A stretch of DNA of 64,000 nucleotides from Kofleriaceae bacterium (GCA_965215005.1 CBDCCZ010000054.1:1-64000); one strand, 5' to 3'; shown: positions 19,713 to 32,663, counted from the stretch's first letter. Program-made: numbers and translations. The notes: generated by a model not told the origin, from the sequence alone.

Positions 19713-21515
19713 TCAGCGCTTCTTCTTCCCGCTGCGTTTGGCCTTGGAGGGTCGCTTGCGGGATGGGGTTCGTGTCACCGGCGCCTCGTGCGGGCGCTCG
19801 CTTGCTTCTACCTCAGGGTTGCCAACCACTGCGGTTGGCGATGCATCTACCGGAGCCGAACGCTTGGGTTGCGGCTCGCCGGTGCGATTCATCCACAAAT
19901 GATGAACAGCACTAAGCAACGTGTTGGTGAAGATGTACAGCACAAGCCCCGCCGGAAATACGAATGAGAACATGCCGAACACCAGCGGCAGCCCATACGT
20001 CATCACCTTCTGCTGGGTTGAGTCCGCTGTCGCAGGCGACAGCTTCGCCTGCGCGAACATCATCGCCATGACCGCAATCGGCAGAACGTAGTACGGGTCC
20101 GTGGCGGTCAGGTCATCGATCCAACCCGGAATGAACGGCGCCCGATACAGCTCCGCGGCATTTGCGAGCATGCGATATAGCGCGAACCAGATCGGCATCT
20201 GCAGGACCATCGGCAAGCATCCCGCGACTGGGTTGACGCCGTGCTCCTTATACATGCTCATGATCTCGACCTGCTGCCGCTGCCGGTCGTCCTTGTACTT
20301 CTTCTGGATGACTTCGATCTGCGGACGAAGTCGCGCCATCGACTTCATCGAGCGCATCGACTTGGTTGCCCAGTACAGCGTGGCCAGCTTGACGCAAACG
20401 GTGAGCAAGATGATGGCGATGCCGTAGTTGCCTACGAAGCTGTAGAACCACTGCAACAACCACAAAAGTGGCCGGCCGATGACCCCGAGCCACTCACCTA
20501 GGTCCACCGCTGCTTCGAAGTCGGTACCGCGGGCGGTATCGATCACCTCGAGCATCTCGAAATACTTCGGACCGTAAAAGCTCAAGAACGTTTTGGTCGT
20601 CGACTCGCCCGGCGCCAGCGCAGTGACCGGCAGAGTCACGTCCACTTGCATCTGTCCAGGTCGCCCTTGCACGGCCGACCCCGCGCAGGTAGCGGAACCA
20701 GCGTCATCTTGAAGCGCCGTCGCTGCGAGAAAGTACGTATGGTCGAAACCGCCCCACCGCAGCTTGCCCACGGCCGACAACGGCCCGTCTTCGCCAAACT
20801 CTTCCTGGCTCCGGGTCTCAAGCTCATCGTCGAGCGCGCACGCCGCTTTCCACTCGACCCCCGGCTGCCCCCAACCCCCGCCGGTGTCGACACTGGGGTC
20901 TTGATAGGCGTACAGAGAGATGACCAGCCCCTGCTCGATCTTTTGCGAGCTGAGATTCTCGATCTCCACCGACATCTCGATCAGGAAGTGCTCAGGCTCG
21001 AACTCGAACTTCTTGGTCACACGCAGGGCCTCCGAGGCCCAAACGAAGGTCACCGAGCGCTCGTCACGCGACGCAACCTGCCACTCCGAATACTCCGGCA
21101 ATGCCACGGTGGAGGTCGGAGTGAAGGAGATCGCCAAAGGCCGTAGCGATTCGGCGTCCTCAGCGCCTACGAGTTGGATCGGACCGTCGCGGTTCGCGTC
21201 ACGATACTTATCGCCGAGCAGCTCCCAACGGCTCAGCGAAGCGCCGTAGCTCGACAACTCGGCGCCAAAGCGCTCGAACGTAAAGCTGAGCTGCTGCTCC
21301 TGGCCTCTTGCAACGGTGGGTGAAGGCTCGGCCATCTCCGGCGGCTCGGCCGCATCCTTGGCGGCGAGCTCGGCAGAAGACGAGGCATCCGGAGCAACTT
21401 CTGCCGACGAGTCTTTCGGCGCGGGTGGAGTCGGCGGAAACAGATAGCCCCACACCAGCATGATGCCGAAGGCCGCCGCCACAGCTAGTAGGATCCGTTT
21501 GCCCTGGTCTTCCAT
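19713..21515 (-). CDS. yidC: Membrane protein insertase YidC
   Basis: N-terminal TM, periplasmic domain, [26 protein letters not shown]. Confidence 0.96.
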   Translation of the reverse strand: MEDQGKRILLAVAAAFGIMLVWGYLFPPTPPAPKDSSAEVAPDASSSAELAAKDAAEPPEMAEPSPTVARGQEQQLSFTFERFGAELSSYGASLSRWELLGDKYRDANRDGPIQLVGAEDAESLRPLAISFTPTSTVALPEYSEWQVASRDERSVTFVWASEALRVTKKFEFEPEHFLIEMSVEIENLSSQKIEQGLVISLYAYQDPSVDTGGGWGQPGVEWKAACALDDELETRSQEEFGEDGPLSAVGKLRWGGFDHTYFLAATALQDDAGSATCAGSAVQGRPGQMQVDVTLPVTALAPGESTTKTFLSFYGPKYFEMLEVIDTARGTDFEAAVDLGEWLGVIGRPLLWLLQWFYSFVGNYGIAIILLTVCVKLATLYWATKSMRSMKSMARLRPQIEVIQKKYKDDRQRQQVEIMSMYKEHGVNPVAGCLPMVLQMPIWFALYRMLANAAELYRAPFIPGWIDDLTATDPYYVLPIAVMAMMFAQAKLSPATADSTQQKVMTYGLPLVFGMFSFVFPAGLVLYIFTNTLLSAVHHLWMNRTGEPQPKRSAPVDASPTAVVGNPEVEASERPHEAPVTRTPSRKRPSKAKRSGKKKR

Positions 21516-21524
21516 TCGATGTTC

Positions 21525-21794
21525 CTACTCTCGACGGTGAACGCATGCTCCGGTGTCGAAGTCATGCGGGTGCACTGCGTCGCTGCATACCGGGTCGAAG
21601 CCACCACGACAAAACGGCTGACAGCGAAGCAATCGCCAGCCCGCCTTGAGAACGCCACGAACGCTTCCATGACAACGCACCGCGGTAATGGCGTACTCCG
21701 AGCATGTTGGCAAGAAGCGACAGCGTGGTCCCAGGAGCGGTGAGATCCATCGCTGATAGCCCCGGATGACTCCGATGAGTAGACGGGCGATCAC
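21525..21794 (-). CDS. yidD: Membrane protein insertion efficiency factor YidD
   Basis: [31 protein letters not shown]. Confidence 0.95.
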   Translation of the reverse strand: MIARLLIGVIRGYQRWISPLLGPRCRFLPTCSEYAITAVRCHGSVRGVLKAGWRLLRCQPFCRGGFDPVCSDAVHPHDFDTGACVHRRE

Positions 21795-22180
21795 GGAGAC
21801 CGAGCTCCTTGCGACCGAATTCCAGCGACCAAGCGCGCGAGATCCTCGGACACTTGGTCGAAAGGCCCGAGCCCTGCTGCGCTGCGCTTGGCGATGATTA
21901 CGGTATCGACCCCAGGTGGCACCGGTTGCTGCTGGCGCATGTATTCACGCACCAGCCGCTTGATCCGATTGCGGACGACCGCGTTACCCACCTTCTTGCT
22001 CACCGTGATGCCAACTCGCCCCACTGCTTCGCAATCATCTACGCGGCGCGCCGGCGCGGTGCGCTGAGGCATCACCACGGCGATGAAATGACGACTGTGG
22101 AACTTCTTGCCCCGAGACTGAACGGCGAGAAATTCGCGACGCTTTCGCAGCCGCATCTCCTTGCGGAAGTGATGCGGCAC
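21791..22180 (-). CDS. rnpA: Ribonuclease P protein component
   Basis: [29 protein letters not shown]. Confidence 0.96.
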   Translation of the reverse strand: MPHHFRKEMRLRKRREFLAVQSRGKKFHSRHFIAVVMPQRTAPARRVDDCEAVGRVGITVSKKVGNAVVRNRIKRLVREYMRQQQPVPPGVDTVIIAKRSAAGLGPFDQVSEDLARLVAGIRSQGARSP

Positions 22181-22193
22181 GCTGCCCTGGCCG

Positions 22194-22343
22194 CTACTTC
22201 TTTGCGACGGTTACCGTGAGGCGCTTGCGGCCTTTGGCCCGGCGACGGCGCAGAACATCACGCCCTCCGCGGGTCTTGGTGCGGGCGCGGAATCCATGGG
22301 TTCGTTTACGACTCTTGTTATGTGGCTGGTACGTACGTTTCAC
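22194..22343 (-). CDS. rpmH: 50S ribosomal protein L34 (49 aa; absent from the supplied ORF track)
   Basis: GTG start; [49 protein letters not shown]. Confidence 0.97.
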   Translation of the reverse strand: MKRTYQPHNKSRKRTHGFRARTKTRGGRDVLRRRRAKGRKRLTVTVAKK

Positions 22344-22917
22344 GGCAAAGCTCCAGGGCTACTGCGGGACGCCGATCGATAGCCGACCGGATTTTTCGTG
22401 TCAAGGCGCGAGCGCACTTGCCCGACGCGAGCGGAGTCTACCTCAGCACACAGCGTCGCGCCTACGCTGCGATAACGTCTGCACGGCTCGCCAACACAAC
22501 CGCGCCGGAGAGGCCCCGCGGAGTACCCATTGCCGGCTGGCAGGCATAGCGATCGCGTTCGCTGCTTGGAGGCACAAGGACCGAGGCTCTGGCGTTCGTG
22601 TCACTCCCGTAGCGGGTTCATCTCGGGACCGTGTGGCGGGAGCGGTGTGAGATCGAAGGGTTCCGAATTCGCAGGCTTTTTGACCTTGATGATCCCTTCC
22701 GGCGTTTGCTAGAGAGTCTCCCTCCCAACGCTTCAGCAAAATAACTGGCGGCGCGGGAGTCAAGTTCGTGCAGGGGCCATTGCCGCGTACACCGGACGTC
22801 ATCCGACGCGCGATCAGAGCGAGGTGCGCTGTGTCGCTGGTGATCTCAGGACTGCGTGTTTGCTGAATCCACATCGTCTATCGCGCTAACCCTCTGAAAG
22901 CTTTGCCCATATCGAAC

Positions 22918-22949
22918 TTCTCCACACCTGTGGACAGGGCTGTGGATAG
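22918..22949. promoter_or_regulatory. Cluster of three DnaA-box-like sites upstream of dnaA
   Basis: TTCTCCACA 22918-22926; TGTGGACAG 22929-22937; TGTGGATAG 22941-22949. Confidence 0.75.
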
Positions 22950-23018
22950 CTATTTCCGTCCGTTCAACGACACTCCCCCTATTCCCTCGGCATTGCCGCT
23001 ATCCGGAGGTAACGACAG

Positions 23019-24389
23019 GTGACGGCTCTTTGGAGCAATGCGCTCCGCCGGCTCTCGACGAAGATTGCGGCGCAAAATTACGAAATGTGGCTGCGGCCCA
23101 TCGAGTGCAGCCGCATCGACGGCGATACGGTGGTCCTGCGCGCGCCAAACCCTTACGTCCGTCTATGGTTCGAATCCAACTATCTCGACGTCGTACTCGA
23201 CGAGATGCGCTGCGAATCTGACGCTAGGTATCAGGTCCAGTTCGAAACCGACAGCGAAGCGCTCGATCCTCCTCCCGCACCGGCAATCGCAGAAGCAGTG
23301 GTGGATACCTCGAGTGCTGCTGCCAGCACGAGCGTGGTCACCCCGGCCCCGGCGCCCGACGCCGGCGATGCCAATCTCAACCCGAAGTACACCTTCGACA
23401 CCTTCGTTTCGGGTCCGTCGAATCAGCTCGCTTACGCCGCCGCGCAAGCCTCCGCGAGCTCGTTCCCGCCGAAATACAATCCGGTATTCATCTGCGGCGG
23501 CGTCGGTCTCGGTAAGACCCACCTGCTGCACGCAATCGGCCACAACTTTCGCAGCAGTCGTCCACAAGCTCGCATCGTCTACCTATCGGGCGAGCGCTTC
23601 ATGAATGAGTACATCCACGCGATTCGCACCAACCAGATGCATGCGTTCCGCACCAAATATCGCGAAGGTTGTGACGTCTTGTTGGTCGACGATGTGCAGT
23701 TTCTCGCCGGCAAGGACGGTACCCAGGACGAGTTCTTCCACACGTTCAACGCGCTGCACGACAACCACCGGCAGATCGTCCTCACCGCCGACCGCAAGCC
23801 ATACGAAATTTCCGACATCGCAGACCGGCTACGCACCCGCTTTGCATGGGGTCTGCTTGCCGATATCGAGCCGCCCGAGCTCGAGGTTCGCGTGGCTATC
23901 TTGCGCAAGAAAGCCGCAGCAGAAGCCATTTTCTTGCCCGATGACGTCGCGCTCTATATCGCTTCTGCCATCAAGTCGAACGTTCGAGAGCTCGAAGGCG
24001 CTCTCATTCGCCTTGCCGCCTACGCTTCGCTCTCGCAACGCGACATAACGCTGCCGTTTGCGCAGGAGACGCTCGAGGGCTCGATCACGCGGCCGCGCGA
24101 GCACATCACCTGCGAGACGGTAATCAAGGCCGTGGCCAACTACTACGGGCTCAAGGTCGCCGACATCAAGAGCGCCCGCCGTCACAAGTCAGTTGCCGGT
24201 CCACGGGCCATCGCGATGTACCTGGCGCGCACGCACACCAGCGATAGCTATCCCGACCTCGGCCGCGGCTTTGGCGGCAAGCACCACACTACGGTGATCT
24301 CGGCCGTCGATAAGATCACCAAGCGGCTCAAGACCGACCCAGGGCTGCGCGGCGAGCTCCACGCCATCGAAGGCGTCCTGCTCCGCTGA
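23019..24389 (+). CDS. dnaA: Chromosomal replication initiator DnaA
   Basis: LNPKYTFDTFV, GGVGLGKTHL, TQDEFFHTFN, SNVRELEGAL, domain IV GGKHHTTVI. Confidence 0.98.
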   Translation: MTALWSNALRRLSTKIAAQNYEMWLRPIECSRIDGDTVVLRAPNPYVRLWFESNYLDVVLDEMRCESDARYQVQFETDSEALDPPPAPAIAEAVVDTSSAAASTSVVTPAPAPDAGDANLNPKYTFDTFVSGPSNQLAYAAAQASASSFPPKYNPVFICGGVGLGKTHLLHAIGHNFRSSRPQARIVYLSGERFMNEYIHAIRTNQMHAFRTKYREGCDVLLVDDVQFLAGKDGTQDEFFHTFNALHDNHRQIVLTADRKPYEISDIADRLRTRFAWGLLADIEPPELEVRVAILRKKAAAEAIFLPDDVALYIASAIKSNVRELEGALIRLAAYASLSQRDITLPFAQETLEGSITRPREHITCETVIKAVANYYGLKVADIKSARRHKSVAGPRAIAMYLARTHTSDSYPDLGRGFGGKHHTTVISAVDKITKRLKTDPGLRGELHAIEGVLLR

Positions 24390-24646
24390 GCCGCGGCCAA
24401 CGGCTGCACATTGACACGCGGAATCTGCCTCGCGTCAAAGGTGCAGCCCGAGGTGCAAGCCTTCTTCGCGCCTACACAAGGCGCCACCTTCGCGCGTTTC
24501 ACAGCGTTTGCTTCGCGCCGACTCAACGCGCCGTCTTCGCGCCATTTGTCCCCCTTTTCGCGGCTCTCAAAAGCGAGGCTCGCGTCTCGTTCGCGCGCCT
24601 TGCCTTGAGGATTCCGCCTTCCAGGCTTCTTCGCGCCTGATTCGCG

Positions 24647-24762
24647 CTCACAGCGACTTCTTCGCGCGCCCTCACAGCGACTTCTTCGCGCGCCCTCACA
24701 GCGACTTCTTCGCGCGCCCTCACAGCGACTTCTTCGCGCGCCCTCACAGCGACTTCTTCGCG
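24647..24762. repeat. Perfect 24-bp tandem repeat CTCACAGCGACTTCTTCGCGCGCC, ~4.8 copies
   Basis: Units start at 24647, 24671, 24695, 24719, 24743. Confidence 0.95.
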
Positions 24763-25028
24763 GTGCACTCGCTCCATGCATGCCGTGGAGCTCGTCTCTG
24801 GCGGCCGTTGCAGCCGCCGTGAGGGCTGCAACGAGTCGGGCGGCGGTCGCCTGGGTGTACCCGACCACGCGACTTGGCCCTGTGTATGACTCTGTGCGCC
24901 ACCCTGTGATCGCGGGGTCGAATAACCTCCGGACAACCGTTGTCGCTGCAGTAGTCCTCCGCCACCAACACCCTCCGCCGATGCCCCACGCGCACCCTGC
25001 GTCGATTCAACACGCTGAAAACTAGACG

Positions 25029-25110
25029 GTTTCCACACTTACCCACATCATCACAGGGCCTACTAATACTGATCCCTCTTATATTTCTTATAAAGAGCTA
25101 TAAGAGAGGG
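25029..25110. other. oriC: oriC unwinding region: DnaA boxes, GC spacer, DnaA-trios, AT-rich DUE
   Basis: GTTTCCACA 25029-25037, TTACCCACA 25039-25047, ..TCACA-GGGCC-TAC TAA TAC TGA, then an AT-rich tract just before dnaN. Confidence 0.85.
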
Positions 25111-25150
25111 TCCCCAATCGCAACCGAACGTGCGATGAGGAAGAAGAACG

Positions 25151-26251
25151 ATGGAGTTCCGCATCCACAAAGCCGAGTTCTTGAAGGGCCTGCGCGTCGC
25201 CCAGAGCATCGCTGATCGCAAGAGCACGATGCCCATGCTCGCAAACGTGCTCTTGCGAACCAACGGCGCCGACACCTTGCTCGTCGCGGCGACAGATCTC
25301 AACGTCTCCATCTCAGCCGAGCTGAAGAGCGAAAATCGCGGCGAGGCCGGTGGTCTCACCGTCGTGGCCAAAGCGCTGCATGACATCGTCGCCAACATGC
25401 CCAGCGAAGAAGTTACCCTTCGCCGCGCCGACAACAACTGGGCCGAGATCAGCGGCGGGAAGGTGAACTACCGCATCGTCGGGATGCCCGACCGCGACTT
25501 TCCCAAGGTGCCTGACCATCGCGAAGTCGAGTTCTCTGAGGTCGAGTCGGCAGTGTTGCGCGAGATGATCGATCGCACCCTGTTCTCCGTCAGCAGCGAC
25601 GAGACGCGCTTTCATCTCAACGGCGCCTATTTCGAATCAGACGGCACCCGTACCCGCATGGTCTCTACCGATGGCCACCGGTTGTCGAAGATCGAGCACG
25701 ACATGCCCGGTGCGCCCCGCCTCACCGCGGGCGTCATCATTCCCAAGAAAGGCGTGGTCGAGGTCAAGCGCATCCTCGATGGCGCGCAACGTTGTCGCCT
25801 CGCCATCAAGACCCCGTACGCGTTCATCAGCGCCGACGACATGACCCTGGCGGTCAAGCTCATCGAGTCGCAGTTTCCGCCCTACCAGGCGGTCATTCCC
25901 AAAGGTCACACCCGCAGTGTGATCATCGACCGGCCGCTCCTGATCGACGCGCTCAAGCGCGCGCAGCTCATGTCGTCGGAAACGCGTGGGGTCAAGTTCA
26001 GCATCGCGCCCGACTCACTCGTCATCGCCAGTGACAATCCCGATGTCGGTGAGGTTCGCGAAGAGCTCGATGCGCAGTACAGCGGCGAGCCGCTCGCGAT
26101 CGGCTTCAATCCCAAGTACGTCCTCGAGCTCTTGTCTCACATGAGCTCGGACCAGGTGACCCTCGAGCTAAACGGCGAGCTCGATCCGGGGGTCTTCCGG
26201 CCGTTCACCGGCTATGACTACCTGGGCGTCGTCATGCCGATGCGCATCTAG
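25151..26251 (+). CDS. dnaN: DNA polymerase III beta sliding clamp
   Basis: MPMLANVL, ATDL, STDGHRL, GFNPKY, C-terminal VMPMRI. Confidence 0.98.
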   Translation: MEFRIHKAEFLKGLRVAQSIADRKSTMPMLANVLLRTNGADTLLVAATDLNVSISAELKSENRGEAGGLTVVAKALHDIVANMPSEEVTLRRADNNWAEISGGKVNYRIVGMPDRDFPKVPDHREVEFSEVESAVLREMIDRTLFSVSSDETRFHLNGAYFESDGTRTRMVSTDGHRLSKIEHDMPGAPRLTAGVIIPKKGVVEVKRILDGAQRCRLAIKTPYAFISADDMTLAVKLIESQFPPYQAVIPKGHTRSVIIDRPLLIDALKRAQLMSSETRGVKFSIAPDSLVIASDNPDVGEVREELDAQYSGEPLAIGFNPKYVLELLSHMSSDQVTLELNGELDPGVFRPFTGYDYLGVVMPMRI

Positions 26252-26271
26252 CGGCGCAGAGGCAGCATCGT

Positions 26272-27393
26272 CTGGTCATCCGCAGCGTAAAGCTTCGGAG
26301 CGTTCGCAACCTCGAGCCATTGTTGCTCGAGCCCGGTCCGCGCTTCAACGTCTTCTACGGCGACAACGGCCAAGGCAAGACCAACCTTCTCGAGACGCTG
26401 TATGTCGTCGGCACGTTGCGCTCGTTCCGTACCCAACGCCTCGCCGAGCTCATCGCCTTCGACGCCGAAGCCGCCTACATCGGAGCGCGGGTTGCTCGGC
26501 GGGGCCTCGAGCGTCACTACGAGCTCACCCAGTCGCCGCGCTCGCGCAAGGTGCGCCTCGATGGCAAGGCGGTGCGCCCCATCTCGCAGTATTTCGGCGA
26601 CTTCAACGTCGTGCTGTTCGCGCCGGAGGACCTGCTGGTGCCTCGTGGCAGCCCCAGTGAGCGGCGTCGCTTCCTCGACCGGGCGGTGTTTCATCGCTCG
26701 CCGGGCTACCTGGGCGCCGTGCAGGCTTACGAGAAAGTCATCAAAAATCGCAACGCCCTCCTGCGAGAGCTCAGCAGCGGCGCGCGCTCTCGATCAGACG
26801 CGCTGCTCGACGTATACGACCAGCAACTGGCTGAGCTTGGCGCTCGGCTCATGCGGGCTCGTCGCGATTTTCTCGCTGCGCTGGCGCCGCGATTTCGCGC
26901 TGCGTTCGAAGCGATCACGCAAACCGGTCTCGAGGTCGATATCCAGTACGCACCCTCTGTCGGGATATCCGATGCCGAGGACTCTGACCTCGCCACCGTG
27001 ATACTTGCGGCGCTTGCCGCATCGCGGGGCCGCGATCGTGCACGCGGAGTGACGAGCGTCGGTCCGCATCGCGACGACCTGGCGTTCTTATTTCGCGGAC
27101 ATCCCGCCGCGGCGTTCGCATCGCAGGGCCAGCTTCGCGCTCTCGTGCTCGCTTGGAAGACCGCCGAGATGGATCTCCTCGCGCAGACCTATGGGGATGA
27201 CCCGGTGTTGCTTCTCGACGATGTATCCTCGGAGCTCGACCCCCAGCGCAACGAGTATTTGTTTCAGTTTTTGCGCAGCCGGGGCGGCCAATGCTTCATC
27301 ACGACCACGCACCCGCGACACGTGCTGCTCAGCGAGGATCGGGTCGACTATGAGGTCCATGCTGGACGCGTAACCCGCCAAAAACCTATATGA
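26272..27393 (+). CDS. recF: DNA replication/repair protein RecF (start probably CTG at 26272; ORF track gives TTG 26320)
   Basis: VRNL, GDNGQGKTNLLE, GSPSERRRFLD, GPHRDD, SQGQ, LLLDDVSSELD. Confidence 0.95.
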   Translation: MVIRSVKLRSVRNLEPLLLEPGPRFNVFYGDNGQGKTNLLETLYVVGTLRSFRTQRLAELIAFDAEAAYIGARVARRGLERHYELTQSPRSRKVRLDGKAVRPISQYFGDFNVVLFAPEDLLVPRGSPSERRRFLDRAVFHRSPGYLGAVQAYEKVIKNRNALLRELSSGARSRSDALLDVYDQQLAELGARLMRARRDFLAALAPRFRAAFEAITQTGLEVDIQYAPSVGISDAEDSDLATVILAALAASRGRDRARGVTSVGPHRDDLAFLFRGHPAAAFASQGQLRALVLAWKTAEMDLLAQTYGDDPVLLLDDVSSELDPQRNEYLFQFLRSRGGQCFITTTHPRHVLLSEDRVDYEVHAGRVTRQKPI

Positions 27394-27443
27394 TTTCCTT
27401 TCCGTACGGTGGTGAATGTGGTAGCTATCGGAGGCTCGATTAG

Positions 27444-29927
<2,484 letters not shown>

Positions 29928-30182
29928 AGCGGGTGCACCCGGCGCGCCGCGGCGCACTTCCCTCGGATCGTACGTTCAGGAGCGGCCAGCAAGTAGCCCA
30001 CTGCGCGTCGGAAAAGCATGGCCGCTGCGGCGGCTGCGGAAATCAACTATGCACCGTGACGGCAATGCTCGCGGGTTGCGTCTGGTGATGGAAGTCGATG
30101 GGTGCGTGTGTGAAGCGCGAGGCGGTGGGGGTGCTGCTAGTTCCCGCCGGGGAACCTCTGGCTAATGATGGAGGGCTGCCGT

Positions 30183-30225
30183 AGCCCCCGTAGCGCGGCC
30201 TCTAATGCACACGATCGCGGGGGCT
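30183..30225. terminator. GC-rich hairpin between convergent gyrB and cdnL
   Basis: AGCCCCCG (30183-30190) pairs with CGGGGGCT (30218-30225); no U tract. Confidence 0.3.
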
Positions 30226-30273
30226 GGGGCGGGGTGCGTCGCCAGCGGGAATGGTTGGCGGGCGACGCGCTGG

Positions 30274-30774
30274 CTAGGCGGCGCGGGAGGCGAAGAACCC
30301 GTCGATTTCGGCCTCAATGTCGCTTTCGCTGCAGTTCTTGGCGAGGGCGATCTCTTTCACCAACAGGCTGCGCGCGGTGTCGAGCATGCGACGTTCCCCA
30401 AAGGAGAGGTCTTTGGTCTCTCGCAGCGTGCACAGGTCTCGTACCACTTCTGCGATCTCGAAGACGCTGCCGGTCTTGATCTTGTCCATGTACTCGCGGT
30501 GCCGGCGATTCCAAGTCTGGGTGTCGGGATTGACGTCCTTGCTGCGTAAGAGCGAGTAGACCTCCTGGCACTGCGTTGCGGAGATGATCTCGCGAAGCCC
30601 CACGGTGTCAGCGTTGCTCGTCGGCACCATGATCTTCATGCCGGTATCCAGAATCTTCAGCACGTAAACCGAGGTCGCCATGCCGCCAATCTCGCGGTGC
30701 TCTAGGGCGAGCACCTCGGCGACACCGTGCACTGGGTAAACCGCCTTGTCACCAACCGCAAAGGTTGCTTGCAT
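30274..30774 (-). CDS. cdnL: CarD/CdnL family RNAP-binding transcription factor
   Basis: FAVGDKAVYPVHGV, WNRRHREY, LSFGERRML; no AT-hook tail. Confidence 0.92.
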   Translation of the reverse strand: MQATFAVGDKAVYPVHGVAEVLALEHREIGGMATSVYVLKILDTGMKIMVPTSNADTVGLREIISATQCQEVYSLLRSKDVNPDTQTWNRRHREYMDKIKTGSVFEIAEVVRDLCTLRETKDLSFGERRMLDTARSLLVKEIALAKNCSESDIEAEIDGFFASRAA

Positions 30775-30802
30775 TCAAGGTCCTTTGGCCAAAGGAGTCA
30801 GG

Positions 30803-30835
30803 GGTATCCTGAGTAACTCCAACTTTCAGGATACC
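30803..30835. promoter_or_regulatory. 10-bp perfect inverted repeat GGTATCCTGA-N13-TCAGGATACC over the putative cdnL -10
   Basis: Read directly; the minus strand has TG-G-TATCCT (extended -10-like). Confidence 0.5.
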
Positions 30836-30999
30836 ACATCGTCGCTACGAGAGCGGATGAAGCTGATGAAGACGAGGAGAATCAGCAGGTTAGCGCGCTG
30901 TTCAACAGCGCCCGGCGGACCGCGCGGCAAGGGAGCAGTCGGCAGCTACACGTCAGCGGCTGCTCCGGTATAGCCGCCAGGAGCCGCTAGAAGCCGTGC

Positions 31000-32502
31000 T
31001 CACGTGGTCAGGTACTCGACGATGGTCGAGACGGCAAAGCCAGTGCCCCCTTTGGGATACGCCGGGCGAGCGGTCGACGTTGCCGCCGGGCCAGCGAGGT
31101 CCACGTGCACCCACGGCGTGTCCTTAGCGAACGTCTTGAGGAACAGGCCCGCCGTAATGGCTCCGCCGTAGCGCTCCCCCGTGTTGCGACAGTCGGCGAT
31201 GGAGCTCTTGAGTTGCTCCTGCAGCCGTGGATTTAGCGGCAGCCGCCACATGTCCTCGCCCGCGGCTTTCGCTGCACCCAACCATGCTGCGACCAGCTCT
31301 TCGTGGTCCGACATGACGCCCGCGGTGTAGGGCCCGAGTGCGACCATGCAGGCGCCCGTGAGCGTGGCAAAGTCGAACATCTCATCGGGCTCGATCTTGC
31401 TGCGCACGTAGGTGATCGCATCCCCCAACGTGAGGCGACCTTCGGCGTCGGTGTTGTTGATCTCGACCGTCGTGCCGTCCATGGACTGGAGCACGTCGCC
31501 TAGCTTATAGGCGCGTCCCGATACCAGATTTTCGCAGCATGCCGCCACCGCGTGAACCTCGTGCTCGCACCCGATGCTGGCGATGGCGTCCATGGCGCTG
31601 ATAACCGCGGCGGAGCCGGCCATGTCGATCTTCATGTCGAGCATCGAAGCCGACGGTTTGAGCGAGTAGCCGCCAGAGTCGAACGTGATGCCCTTGCCAA
31701 TGAGGGCAATGCGCTTCTTTGGCTTGCCCTTGGGTTTGTAGCTGAGATGAACCAGCTGCGGCTCGCGATCGGAGCCGCGCCCGACCGCGAGGAACATGCC
31801 CATCCCGAGCGCTTCGCACTCTTTGGCGCTCAGCACGTTGACCTCGAGCGAGGCGTGCTTGGCCGCGAGCGAGCGCGCCTCCTGTGCGAGTTGCGCTGGA
31901 GTCATGAACTCCGCCGGCTCATTGACGAAGTCACGGGCCAGGCACACCGCCCGCGCGATGGCTTCGCCGCGCGTGAGAGCGGCGGCCATTCCATTGTCCG
32001 CGCCGCCCTTGCCGCCTTCAGCGTCGGTGCAAACCGCGATGGATTGCAAGGTCGAAGGAATCTTGGCGTCTTCGCCGGTGAGGTACTTGGCGAACTTATA
32101 GGTGCCCATCAACGCACCCTCGGCAGCCAGCTGAGCGGAACGAACTCTATCGCTTGCCTCGAGCGATGGCAGAACCAGCACGAGCTCGTTGGCTCCCGCT
32201 TGCGCGGCTGCGGCGCCTGCCTGTGCGGCCAGCTCCCGAATGGTGCTGTGCTCAAAGGAAGACCGCTCGCCGGCGCCGAGCAAGAGCAAGCGCCCGGCGG
32301 CGAGCGACTCGCTCATGAACGTCAAGCTTTGGCCCGCCTTACCGGTGAAGCGCTCGGCCTTCGCGGCCGCAGCAAGGCGGCCACCGACGGCTTTATCGAG
32401 AGCACCGAAGAGCGGCGTTGCTGATAGGTCCGCGTAGGTGCACACGGCGAGAAGGTCGGTCTTGGTCTCGAGCGGGTGCTCGCTAAGGTGACGAAATTTC
32501 AT
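31000..32502 (-). CDS. pepA: Leucyl aminopeptidase (M17)
   Basis: GKGITFDSGG, MKIDMAG, NTDAEGRL, ATLTGA. Confidence 0.96.
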   Translation of the reverse strand: MKFRHLSEHPLETKTDLLAVCTYADLSATPLFGALDKAVGGRLAAAAKAERFTGKAGQSLTFMSESLAAGRLLLLGAGERSSFEHSTIRELAAQAGAAAAQAGANELVLVLPSLEASDRVRSAQLAAEGALMGTYKFAKYLTGEDAKIPSTLQSIAVCTDAEGGKGGADNGMAAALTRGEAIARAVCLARDFVNEPAEFMTPAQLAQEARSLAAKHASLEVNVLSAKECEALGMGMFLAVGRGSDREPQLVHLSYKPKGKPKKRIALIGKGITFDSGGYSLKPSASMLDMKIDMAGSAAVISAMDAIASIGCEHEVHAVAACCENLVSGRAYKLGDVLQSMDGTTVEINNTDAEGRLTLGDAITYVRSKIEPDEMFDFATLTGACMVALGPYTAGVMSDHEELVAAWLGAAKAAGEDMWRLPLNPRLQEQLKSSIADCRNTGERYGGAITAGLFLKTFAKDTPWVHVDLAGPAATSTARPAYPKGGTGFAVSTIVEYLTT

Positions 32503-32663
32503 ATCTGAGCCCTGAAAGTCCCTGAAATGTTGCATGGTTATACGGAACGTCAGCGGCCTTGTAAAGAACCTGCCTCAGCCCGCTGCGGCGTTGACACCGA
32601 CGCGACGGCGCGACTACGTTTAGCCCGAAAGCGCCTGCTACAGGCTTACCCAGGGGATTGACG

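Noticed and set aside
24647..24762. CRISPR array
   Set aside because: Units are contiguous with no unique spacers and no cas genes are present
24248..25046. ORFs across the dnaA-dnaN interval
   Set aside because: Open only because of the 24-bp repeat; no coding signals; the region is oriC
30084..30175. Fluoride riboswitch (GGTGATGG ... GCTAATGA)
   Set aside because: Pseudoknot and P1 complements are missing, and there is no downstream gene on that strand
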